Positions 53,667 through 64,000 of a DNA stretch of 64,000 nucleotides are shown piece by piece. Both the position numbers and the translations under genes were made by a program. Each line of letters begins with the position of its first letter. Position 1 is the stretch's first letter. The notes under the pieces are model-generated. The model did not search any database. It had not been told where the DNA came from and worked only from the letters and a program-made list of their open reading frames with translations. Location of the stretch: positions 69,874,001 to 69,938,000 of the forward strand of contig OX638150.1 of assembly GCA_951804945.1 (NCBI GenBank), in the 5' to 3' direction. This DNA comes from Podarcis cretensis (taxonomy: Eukaryota).

Positions 53667-56600
53667 ATCAAGTATCATGTTGCAGGTGTTAGTGAACTCA
53701 GCTGAAGCCTCAAGCTCCCCTATGGTGGAATTGGCTGTGGTGCCAGAGCCCCCTTGGTGCCTGCCCATGTGCAGCGGATATGGCAAGGTGGCTGAAAAGA
53801 AATGGCTCAGTGGTTCTCTCATTTTCAGTCACCTGCCTTTTTAACGTCCAGGGCTCGCAAATGACACCACCCACACCGAACGGCAGTCACAATTAGATAT
53901 TTTTGCATTCCTTGGAGGTGTTCAAAAAGTATTTCTTAACATTTCCTCTGTAAGTAGGTCAATATTCTCCCCCCCCCAATAACTCCTGAGGCCACACAAC
54001 AAGCTAAGGTTTGAAATGAGGCCTTTTTGACTCTCGGCTTATGCTCTTAATCACACTTTTACATCCATCGCACATTGTTAGGAAACCTGTATTGCAAAAG
54101 TGGCTATATTGCTTTGTGACAAATGGCTACTAGCAAAGCGAGACTGAAAATGTCTGCAGCTGATATATGCTAAGGTCTAAAGGGTTCAGGCAGCATTGCT
54201 GACCTGCTATCTTGTTCTTATTACTCAGCAAACTTGACTTTACGGAAGTAGCCATAGTTACTCCCCATGGGCACTGGGAAGGTATCCTCCTTCCCCTTGT
54301 CTAAAATGAACACTCTAGGGTAGAGGAAAGAGAGAAACAGCCCTGTGGGTGTCTTCCATATTTGGTGCTTACGTCCTTCTTAATCCTCTTTGTCACAAGA
54401 TTAGATTGGGAGATAGAGCTTCACCCGCTGATAATACCAGGCCTGCCTTGTATTCTAGTGTACGGGTGAAAACTCCCTTCTCCTGGCAATTAAGACTCTG
54501 TACTAACCAACCACTTTAAATAACAAACAAGCCCAACCTACCACCATCCAAACCCTGCAATGTCATCACCAGAGGCACATAAACTTTGGCTGAGCTTGGG
54601 AGCCAAGCCAACCATTGTTTCTAGCCACTGCCAGATTGACTTTCTTACTACTTGCTCCACAGAGACAAAGTGTACCTGCTACCCAGTAAGGGGGTTTAAC
54701 AGAGGAGGAGTGCTGTGCATGTGTGCACCCATGCTTGGCTGCTTGCAATAACACCTCCAATCGGATGTTTTGGCACATCTCCACTGCTTAGATTTATTTA
54801 TTTATTTATTGTTAGACCAAAGTGGAGTTTTTTTCTCATGGGCCAGCCAGGTTGACATATCTGTTCTCCACCAGCAACTTGGTGGCTACATTGGTAGACC
54901 TCAAGCTGGCATGCCATTTGTGCACTGGGAAGATTTGGTGCTTCCACTTGTCCTGCTGCGGAGTCCCAATCATGAAAGAAATTGGACTGTTTTGAAAAGG
55001 AAGAGAAAGGGGGGTGGGGAAGGCGGAGCCTGGTGTTAGGTGAACTGGAAGAGAAAAGGGCCACTATACCAACTGTGACTGATTTGACAGCTACAGCTAT
55101 TCCTGGACTGGGAAAGCCTTGCCACAGTGGTTCATGCACTAGTTACTTCTAGACTGGATTGTGCTCTATGTGGTTCTTCCCTCGCGTTTGATCCAGAAGC
55201 TGCAGCACCATATAACACCTGTGCTCAGAGATCTGCTGTGGTTGCTGATTTGCTGCTGGGCCAGGTTCAAAGTGTTACTGTTTACCTACAGTATCACCTT
55301 ACCCCACATGTGCCCACTTGACCGCTTTAATTGGCAGCATCGGCACTATTGCAGGTGCCACATAATGCCTGTTCCACATTTGTAAGAATTTGATCATTTC
55401 AGGTGGGAGCACCTACACTTTAGATCGCCCTGCCGCCTTCACTACTCTTTTCAGTATCTGTTAAAAACATTGATTAGACAAGCCTGCCCAGATGCTTAGA
55501 AAGTGGACATCATTTGTTTTAGTGTTTTCACTTCTTTATGTTTTAAAGTAGGATTGTGAATTTTCCCGATTTAACTCTTTTATCTTTTGTAAACTCCGTT
55601 GAGGGTGTTGTTGTTTTTACAATCAAAGCAGTGTATACATTTTAGGAAATAATATAAAAATAAATATTATGGACCACAGCCCTGAAACCACTACTGGCTG
55701 TCAGCTTTACACATGTCTTTTGGGCTTCTGAGGCTTCCGCCAGACACTTCACACACATTTCCAGGCTTTCTTTTATTTCCATGAGGTTTAGAAACTTCCT
55801 TAAAAAAAAAAGTATGATTTCAGCAGCTGGCTGCAGGAGGTAAAGGTAAAGGTAAAGGTACCCCTGCCCATACTTGCCAGTCTTGACAGACTCTGGGGTT
55901 GTGCGCCCATCTCACTTAAGAGGCCAGGGGCCAGCGCTGTCCGGAGACACTTCCGGGTCACGTGGCCAGCGTGACATCGCTGCTCTGGCGAGCCAGAGTC
56001 GCACACGGAAACGCCGTTTACCTTCCTGCTGGTAAGCGGTCCCTATTTATCTACTTGCACCCGGAGGTGCTTTCGAACTGCTAGGTTGGCAGGCGCTGGG
56101 ACCGAGCAGCGGGAGCGCACCCCGCCGCAGGGATTCGAACCGCCGACCTTTCGATCGGCAAGTCCTAGGCGCTGAGGCTTTAACCCACAGCACCACCTGC
56201 GTCCCCCACCTGGCTGCAGGAGGAGGAGATGCTAAATTCCTGCACAGTAAGCCCACAACCTACACACATTTAACTTGTATGCGTTCAGCTTTACGCACTT
56301 GGCAAAAATAAATAAAAATGGTTGGGGCACCCAGGGAAAAATGACTTTGGCAGTCTCACCTCCCATTGTACCAATGTGTTTTGACTATACACAACTTTGG
56401 CTTTCGGCACAATCCCCTGTGTAAATTGAGGGCTTACGGTATTTACACAGCAGTCCCACTAATTCTTGCAGTGCATGCAGATTTGTGGCTCTATGCATTC
56501 AATTGCCTAAGAGAGGTAATCGCCAAAGAATTCTTCGTAACCTCTGATTCCGTATACTGTACTTCCACCTGTTCTTGGCAAGGACTCTACAGGGCAATAA

Positions 56601-59600
56601 ATCCCCAGAGAGGATCACATTTCTGCTTGGGTAGCGCGCCTGTTAAAGAGGCCTTTTCCTCTTCATGTGGATTTCCTAGTGCAGACTGTTGTTAACCGGT
56701 GCCTGTCCCTGATTGTGTGCTGTCACCCCTTGCCCCCTGCTCACAGAAGGTCTGGCGGAAAGTGTGGGCCCAGCTCTTCGCCGACAGCCCTTCTGGCATC
56801 GCACGGCTCGAGTACTTCGAAGGGCGTGAAGGGGCCGCAGCAGAGAAGGCCACCCTGAGGAAGGGCGAGCGGAAGGTGATCCGCCTCTCAGACTGTGTCT
56901 CGGTGGAGCGGGCAGGCGAGCACAGCTCTCCCAAGGACACCACAGCCTTCTTCCTGAGCATGATGGAGCGCAACTGCTTGCTGGCAGCAGATCAAGCAGA
57001 TGAGTGGATCGAATGTATCTGCCAGCTGGCTTTTCAGGTATTGACCTCTTCATATCTTCAATGGGAAGTCCCTGTGTCTCGCTGAACCACAGGGAGATTC
57101 CTCCTGGCCACAAGTCAGATGAGTGGAATCTCAGAGGGGAGCCAAGCTGCTTCCTCTAGAGGTGGCTTGCAGTTGCAAGTTTCTGGCCCTCAGCGAGGGT
57201 TGGACTTTATGACCTCCCAAGTCCTTTTTGACCTGCATTCCATTGACTGAAGAGGTCCTAAATTTGACTGCTATGGTGGCCGATGTTCCCTGCCCAGTTG
57301 CTTTAATGATAAGTGCTTTTAATTGTGTCTTTTTTTTGGTTAGGTTCTGAATACAAGGGTTTATATATTCTTGCAAAAAAAAAATATTTAGGTTTATTCT
57401 GGGAATGTAGATGGGGATGAAGCTCTGGAAATTCTGGGCATGGGCTCTGGGTCTGAAATCTCCCTTGACGTGATGTATTGCAGCCTATTCTCAACCCATG
57501 TTATTCAGAACATTGTCTCGGTGATTTTAATGGGGCATACATTCAAGAAAGAATGCATAAGAATTTAACCTTCTAGGACACTCCTATCTATATTTACTTG
57601 AATATACAGTGTTCAGTGAGGCTCACTCCCACATAGGTATACACAGAATTGCTGCCTTAATGTGCAAATAATTTGCGCAATCTCTGTTTTCAATAAATTC
57701 TTGGTCATTCCTGTTTGTTGCCACTTAAAAAGAAGAAAATAGCAGCCTAGTTTCCAAGGATGTTAGATGAGGAAGATAATAAGTTTGTGATGTTCTTTAT
57801 GCAGGCAGAGTGCTCTGTTAATGATGGTGGGGCTTTAGTAATGGTGAAACTGAGACTGAGCGAGAAAAAGAATGGCTCACGGGGAAATAGTATTTATGCA
57901 GAGCTGGCAACTAAGCTCTTTGCAAAGTAAACAGATCCTTGGTGAGACACAAGGAGAAGAAAAAGGGAAAGTATTAGAGTTGAATGGGAGGATCGATGTT
58001 TTTAGTTGCTCATAAGAACAGTAAGGTGTGGAACAGCTAAAGGGATGTTTCTGGCCCGTAAGAATGGACCAAGGGTTGATGGGCACGTGGTTGAAATTGT
58101 CTTTGTGTTCAGGTTGAGGTTCAAAGGGAATAATCCAAATGTTGGAACAAGTCACCCTGCCTTTCTCTGTTTCTGTGATGGTTTTCATCTGAGAAATGCT
58201 CTCCTTGCTTCTTTCCCCTTTGCTGTGCTGCACACAGAGGATGCCTGCCCCCTCGCCCGGCTCAGTTGGAAACACACCCAGCCCACAGCCCCTCATGGAG
58301 GAGAACACCATCTACTCATCCTGGCAAGAGAGTATGTGCCTAAGGGGCAGGGTGGGGGGGTGAAGGACCTGGAACAAAACACCAGTTTCTTGTACTACCA
58401 AGTGGCAGCTGATGGAAGGAGAGGCCTTCTGGGGAATTCAGGCTTGTAAGGAGCTTTGGTGCAGCTGCAGGTGCTATAAGGTGGTGGCAGTGGGGAACAT
58501 GCAACCCTCTTCTTGCTCCCAACTCCCATCAACCCCATTCAGCATGGAGGACCACAGATTTCCCATCTCTGCTGCACAGGCCCCAGTCCTCTGCTCAAAG
58601 TTGGCCTACAGCCTTTCTCAAACTTGGGTTCCTGGATGTTGTTGGACTACAACTCCCATCATCCCTAGCTACCAGGAAAAGTGGTCAGGGGCGATGGGAG
58701 TTGTAGTCCAACAACATCCGGGAACCTAAGTTTGAGAAAGGCTAGGACATTTGTGAAAACCCAAACAGCCAACCCCCATGCTGGCAAAAATGGGATAAGG
58801 TAAATTGGAGGCGAGGAACCTATTTCAGCCTGAAGGCCAGATTTGAACTTAATCAACTATCCGGAGGCCGTATTCCAATGGTGGATGGGGGGAAAAGTGG
58901 ATGGAGCAAAACAACACAAGAAAAATTCCTCTGTTAGCACCTCCCCCTGCCCGCCCCCACCTTGTCACCTGACACACAGGCAACAGCACCCACACATGCA
59001 TACATACGTGCATGCATGTGGTCACATATACATGCACTTTCATACATCAGACATACTGGCACACAGGCATGTGTTTACATGTGCGCACACACTCAGCATT
59101 TTTCCAGCCACTGCTCTCTACCTCAGCACTAGGGTGGCTGGAAAGATCCACCTGCCTGCTCTTTAGATAGGATCTCTCAATCTTGACCTTAGCTCCTTAG
59201 CGCTAGGATGGGAGAATGAGAGTATAAGGCAGCATTTCTTCCCACCCACCCCCTCCAGCACGGCAGGTGGAAACGCTGCCTTTTGCTCTTATCTCTCATC
59301 TAAGTGCGGTGGCGTTCAGCACTAACACTGGAGATAAAGAGATCCCTCTGCCTGCTCTTCAAGCGCTTGTCACCAATCTATTCAGTTCATCTATTTTATT
59401 TAATAAACTCTATATACCCCGAAGTGACTTACAAAACATAATGATTAGATTCTGATCCTTAGAACGTGATAGATGTGCTGACTGAGCCAGTAGTCACGCT
59501 AAGTTGACTAATAGTAAAAGCCAGAAAATGATGAAATGACGTGAGATGAACGGGAGATGAGAGGGGCTTGTTGGGACAGGCCTGGTGGGGTAGAATAGAC

Positions 59601-62600
59601 CCACAAGCTGAAGGTTCTCCACTGTAGAGCTGAATCATTGATAACGTGCCTCCCTTTACTGGTACCTCCCCCCCCAAAAAATCTGCCAACTGAGGTATGG
59701 CTGCCAAGCCCCACCCGGAAAGTGAATCCATAGCTGAGCTGAAAAGATTTGAAACCAGGGGTCCAAAGTTCAACACTCTAATAACTGGAGTCACCCAGCT
59801 CTTTTGAGCTGACAGCTTTACCCCACTGTTCTTCAANNNNNNNNNNNNNNNNNNNNNNNNNNNNNNNNNNNNNNNNNNNNNNNNNNNNNNNNNNNNNNNN
59901 NNNNNNNNNNNNNNNNNNNNNNNNNNNNNNNNNNNNNNNNNNNNNNNNNNNNNNNNNNNNNNNNNNNNNNNNNNNNNNNNNNNNNNNNNNNNNNNNNNNN
60001 NNNNNNNATGATATCGGCATTAGAAACAAAGGACCCTCTAAAACAGGGACAATTAGAGGCAAAGTGTTCTTGACAAGAAGCGTAAAACAAACAGCTTTGT
60101 GTGCTCCTATTATTAGATAGGAGTTTCTCCTTAGCTGTTCCCACACTGTTCTGTGCCCCAGTGACTCTATATTTACTGAGGCAGATGGGCAAGCTAAAAA
60201 GGAGTCTCATTTTGGAAGGATGTAAATTCACAAACACCAGTGGATATTATGATGGGGGAATATATGTCTGAAGGGAACAGAGCAGTTCTGAAACAAAGTA
60301 CCTGCTCCAACCATTGTGCACTCCACAAGGCAGTTAGGATAGCATGGGAGGAGGAGGGGAAGCAAAGCAGTCCCAAAATGTCTTCAACCATAAAAAAAAA
60401 ATGAGTCAGGCTCTTTAGATAGAAGCACAACAAAAACATAGGGTCCTCTTCAGATTTCTGAATCCCTTTCCCACCAGAGTTCCACTTGCTCCTCCCCTAT
60501 CAGTTTGCTCCTCCCCCTTGAGCAGAATACAGTTTTCAAAGTAAGCTAACACATGTGCCCAGCTACTTAATCTTATTTTTGCAACCTCCACTAATTTTGT
60601 GCAGTTTTGGTTACAGTCGTACCTTGGAAGTCGAACGGAATCTGTTCCGGAAGTCCATTCAACTTCCAAAATGTTCGGTAATGAAGCCATGGCTTCTGAT
60701 TGGCTGCAGGAAACTCCTGCAGCCAGTCGGAAGCCATGGAACCCGTCAGACATTTGGGTTCCAAAGAACGTTTGCAAACCTGAACACTCACTTCTGGGTT
60801 TGCGGCGTCCGGGAGCCAAAATGTTCGACTCGCAAGGGGGTTCGACTTCCAAGGTATGAATGTACTCTGGTGGTGTGCAGTTTTGATAAGTTTTTGTTTG
60901 CTTATTTTTTAAAAAAAGTGTGCTCGCAGAGTGTAGTCAGAGCCATGGCGGGGTTGGGAGGAATTAAAACTAAGAACACGCATGGCTTTTGAGGGATTTG
61001 TTAACTTTTTGCAATGCCTTCTCAACAGCCTGCGAGTTCCCCGTGTCAGTTTTCCCGACAGAGGCATCTGCAAGATGTCACTTGAAAGGGAACTACCTGA
61101 TGACGACTCTACCTGAGCACCTGGTGCTGAAGGACATGCACTCCGGGCAAGCCCTCTATACCTGGCCTTATGCCTTCCTCCGAAGATTTGGACAGGAAAA
61201 GGTATGTTGTGTCTGTTTCCTCCTCCAGTGGCCCAGAAAACACCCATCCTCTACTGACTACCCTCAGGAATAGCATCAAAGGCAGGGAACATCCTGTCTT
61301 GTCCTGCAGCTTGAGGACAGGGAGTACCGTCATTCCCAGTGGGCTGTGTTAGCAGGCCCTGGTCACACCTTCAGCCCACAGGATGATTTCAAAATAAGCG
61401 AACCTGGGACGTGGGTGGCGTTTTGGGTTAAACCACAGAGCCTAGGACTTGCCAATCAGAAGTTCGGCGGTTCAAATCCCCGCGACGGGGTGAGCTCCCG
61501 TTGCTCGGTCCCTGCTCCTGCCAACCTAGCAGTTTGAAAGCACATCAAAGTGCAAGTAGATAAATAGGTACCGCTCCGGCGGGAAGGTAAACAGTGTTTC
61601 TGTGCCTTCTCTGGTTCGCCAGAAGCAGCTTAGTCCTGCTGGCCACATGACCTGGAAGCTGTACGCCAGCTCTCTCGACCAATAAAGCGAGATGAGCATC
61701 ACAATCCCAGAGTCGGTCACAACTGGACCTAATGGTCAGGGGTCCCTTTACCTTTACCTTTACAGGGATAGCAAATAAGTCTACCTCACACTTCAGGTGA
61801 TGCTTCTTGTAGTGTGTTGCTGCTGTTCTGGGAATAGTAGTATCTTTAGTAAATTCACACCCACCCTTTTCTGCCTTGGTGCATTGGGCTATGAGTTGAA
61901 ATGCTCACCCTCCCATTATTTCACCATTCACTTGAACACGTAAAAAAATTGTCCATCCACTCTTCTGATTTGACAATCCTGGAGGCTGGTATATTTCCTC
62001 CCGCTGCCCCACCCACTTTCTTAGTTTGCTGCCTGCTCCTGGGACTTTTTAAACCCATCCAGATTAGACTCAGTTAGAGCTATTTCATATGCAGGGACCA
62101 TAGATCAGCTGCTGAAAGCATGCTGCACATCCTTTGCATGCCGAAGGCCCCAGATTCTATCCCTGGCATCTCCAGTTAAAAGAAACAGGTAGAAGGCAAT
62201 GGGGAAGAGTCTCTGCCTGAGAGCTGTGGCAAGCTAAACTGGGCAATCCTGGGCTAGATGGAGAAAATATAGTCCAAACAGATGGACCTTTTGCTACTGG
62301 ATGCCAAAGACGAGATGACGGCCTTCCATTCCATGCACAGAAGCTACCTGGGCTGACAGCCGAGTCTTGGCATTGGCAATGGCACAGCACCCTCTACCAC
62401 TCCTGGGGGCAGCAGGCTATCCTGGCAGGCAGGAGGGGGTCGAGTGCAGGGCAGCCTAGCTTAAGGGACTTGGAGGAATGATGGTGGATTGCTGCCCTGC
62501 CCCCAGTGGTGAATGGTGCCCCTTTGCGACTGGTTGGGAGGAAGGCAGAGAGACCAGCATCAGGTGGCACCAGAGCCAAAGACCAGGCAGAGCCGCCTGT

Positions 62601-64000
62601 GACAGGTTGTAAGAAAGAAGGCAGGTTGGGGTTGGCTGAGGGCAGGCTGAGTTTGGTGGGACAGGGCTCCCTTTGCCCTGAATGGACCAGCCTGTGTTGC
62701 CTGCCCTCCCCCAGCATCTGCCCCCCTGCTTGGCCCTAATGGGAGGGCTGCCCTTGAGTCTGGCCCAATATAAGGCCTCTTCCAGGGTAAATCTCTGCCA
62801 TGTCCAGCTAAAAGGATTTTGGGTGGCATAGCAAGAGGAAATGTCTGGATGAGATGCCGCAGAGCCACTGCCCATCATAATCCTGGGCTAAAAGGTCCCA
62901 TTGACTTAAATCAGCAACTTCTATCTAGTCTGTTTTTCTTGGATCTGTCTCCAATGAGGCTCAGCATCAGTAGACAACTACGGGCTGATCCACACCATAC
63001 ATGAAAAGCGCATCCAGTGTGTGTTCAAAGCGCATGGCTTTCCCCAAAAAGGAACCCTGGGAAACGGTAGTTTGTTGAGGCTGCTGGGCACCATAGAACT
63101 ACAGTTCCCAGGGTTCTTTGGAGTTCCTTAAATGTTTGTTGGGTGTGCTTTAAATGTTTGGTGCTGCTCTGATTTGCTTTGCCTTAGATGCTGCAGGGGA
63201 AAGTTGAGCAGAGATCTCAATGATGGCCAAGTATGAGAATCACCTTAAGAAAGCACCTTTGTGTTCCCCCACTCTCTTCCCAGACGGTGTTCTCCTTTGA
63301 GGCCGGGCGCCGCTGTGACTCCGGAGAGGGCCTCTTTATCTTTAACACCGTACGGGCTGCGGAGATCTGCCGAGCTGTCTCGGCCTCCATAGACCGCCAG
63401 AAAGCCACTCTTCTGGAGAGAGACAAGAAAGCCAGCATCTCCCCAGCCCAGGACTGTGTGCAGAAAGCAGGGGGCTGGTCCTGGCCCACCAGCCCGGAGA
63501 GCCCGGAGGGAGTGCAGCCGCTGTACGAAAGAACGCCAAAGGGAAGTGTGGACATGGGGTACTCGGCAGCGCCTCCTGGCGGCAGCCGCTCCATTTCCCC
63601 AGAGTTCAAGGCTTCCGACTCACCCATCATCTACGCTTCCATTGGCAAGAGCTTCCCTCTCCCGTTCCAGCCCTTGGGCAAGGCAGAGGCAGAACCCAAA
63701 GCGGGCAGAGAGCAGGGCTCGGACCACCTCTATGAGAATCTGCGCAGTCTGGAGCAGCAGGCCCTCTGCGCCGAGCCTCTGAGCCTCGGCTACAGAGACT
63801 CCCCTGAGGGCAGCGGCAGCAACGGGGGGTCGCCGATCTACGACAACAGCCCCGTAGTGGCAAGGCGCTCCAACAGTAACCCTGGCTTCAATCCCAGCGC
63901 TGTGGGGGCTGACCCTGCCCCAGACAGCCAGTGCCCTCCTCCCTTGCTGGATTGCCAGGGGCCCGAAAGCGGAGGTGAGGGCCGGGCCAGGGCTAAGGCC
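52932..64000 (+). CDS. DOK3: Docking protein 3 (PH + IRS-type PTB adaptor), 3'-partial; join(52932..52988,56747..57037,58238..58331,61029..61201,63284..>64000)
   Basis: PH domain (KDGILY..., WRKVWAQL, VIRLSDCVSV), linker MEENTIYSSW, PTB (YTWPYAFLRRFG, FSFEAGRRCDSGEG), tail YASI / HLYENL / SPIYDN as in recalled DOK3. Directly downstream of DDX41 as in human; splice phases are consistent. Confidence 0.92.
53254..53276 (+). terminator. Poly(A) signal cluster, probably the DDX41 3' end (AATAAA 53254-53259, ATTAAA 53271-53276)
   Basis: First canonical hexamers after the DDX41 stop; upstream TGTA elements and downstream GT-rich ggtgtgtgg. Confidence 0.65.
53608..53666. repeat. (CT)n/(TTTC)n microsatellite
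   Basis: Read directly from the sequence. Confidence 0.9.
55117..55660 (+). mobile_element. Degenerate L2-clade LINE 3' fragment
   Basis: Remnant peptides LATVVHALVTSRLD, HITPVLRDL.WL and RFKVLLFTY; 3' boundary approximate. Confidence 0.7.
55841..56209 (-). mobile_element. Full-length Sauria SINE with 14-bp TSD
   Basis: tRNA-like head with B box ggttcgaatccc, (accttt)n tail; ctggctgcaggagg duplicated at 55827-55840 and 56210-56223. Confidence 0.93.
56245..56439. mobile_element. Degenerate Tc1/mariner (Tigger-like) MITE
   Basis: Imperfect TIRs cagtaagcccacaacctacac / gtgtaaattgagggcttacgg; TA on the right side. Confidence 0.5.
56747..57037 (+). CDS. DOK3: DOK3 coding exon 2 (PH domain, KVWRKVW...ICQLAFQ)
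   Basis: 291 nt; tcacag| and CAG|gtattg. Confidence 0.94.
58238..58331 (+). CDS. DOK3: DOK3 coding exon 3 (RMPAPS...LMEENTIYSSWQE)
   Basis: 94 nt; long pyrimidine tract, cacacag| and |gtatgt. Confidence 0.88.
58609..58744. mobile_element. Palindromic hAT-type MITE
   Basis: Arms agcctttctcaaactt...aagtttgagaaaggct with the shared core. Confidence 0.85.
59837..60007. other. Assembly gap (N run) in DOK3 intron 3
   Basis: 171 N bases. Confidence 0.99.
60614..60862. mobile_element. Tc1/mariner (Tigger/pogo-like) MITE
   Basis: 23-bp TIRs cagtcgtaccttggaagtcgaac (21/23 match) flanked by TA on both sides. Confidence 0.85.
61029..61201 (+). CDS. DOK3: DOK3 coding exon 4 (PTB domain, CEFPVSV...RRFGQEK)
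   Basis: 173 nt; caacag| and AAG|gtatgt. Confidence 0.93.
61406..61763 (+). mobile_element. Full-length Sauria SINE (second subfamily)
   Basis: gggacgtgggtggcg head, B box ggttcaaatccc, (accttt)n tail. Confidence 0.9.
62094..62280 (+). mobile_element. Old tRNA-derived squamate SINE (degenerate; related minus-strand copies at ~9750-9917 and ~39560-39745)
   Basis: ctttgcatgccgaaggccccagattctatccctggcatctccag head; counterpart gggaccttctgcatg at ~9871. Confidence 0.55.
63284..64000 (+). CDS. DOK3: DOK3 last coding exon, partial (end of PTB plus Tyr-motif tail)
   Basis: Open for 239 codons to the window end; YASI at 63632, YENL at 63731, YDNS at 63839. Confidence 0.93.

Noticed and set aside
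59778-60237. ORFs spanning the N run
   Set aside because: Artefacts of the assembly gap. DOK3 exons 3 and 4 join in frame, so no coding exon needs to be hidden in the gap.
52932-64000. Alternative identity as DOK1 or DOK2
   Set aside because: Adjacency to DDX41/FAM193B and the YASI, HLYENL and SPIYDN tail motifs fit DOK3.

Overview
Vertebrate genomic DNA from a squamate reptile, probably a lacertid-type lizard (Sauria SINEs, lizard-type CR1/L2 and hAT MITEs). Three spliced genes lie in tandem on the + strand in the order known from human 5q35. FAM193B: 10 coding exons, 3389-35276, 944 aa by my exon join. DDX41: DEAD-box helicase, 17 coding exons, 41567-52113, 622 aa. DOK3: PH-PTB adaptor, 5 coding exons from 52932, running off the window end. 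FAM193B and DDX41 start in CpG islands, the introns carry many transposon remnants, and there is one assembly gap (59837-60007). The most notable observation is that the DOK3 start-codon exon and a PU.1/AP-1-like motif cluster lie upstream of the first canonical poly(A) signal after the DDX41 stop codon. The two genes therefore appear to overlap, with a splice donor and a poly(A) site in competition. Other candidates are a 201-nt FAM193B cassette exon, an intron starting 1 nt after the FAM193B stop that holds an alternative poly(A) signal, a frameshifting tandem donor in DDX41, inverted SINEs around an in-frame DOK3 exon block, and palindromic MITEs whose arms co-vary. Exon coordinates were read by hand from GT/AG boundaries and frame continuity. 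Homology statements are from memory of the human proteins; no database search was run.
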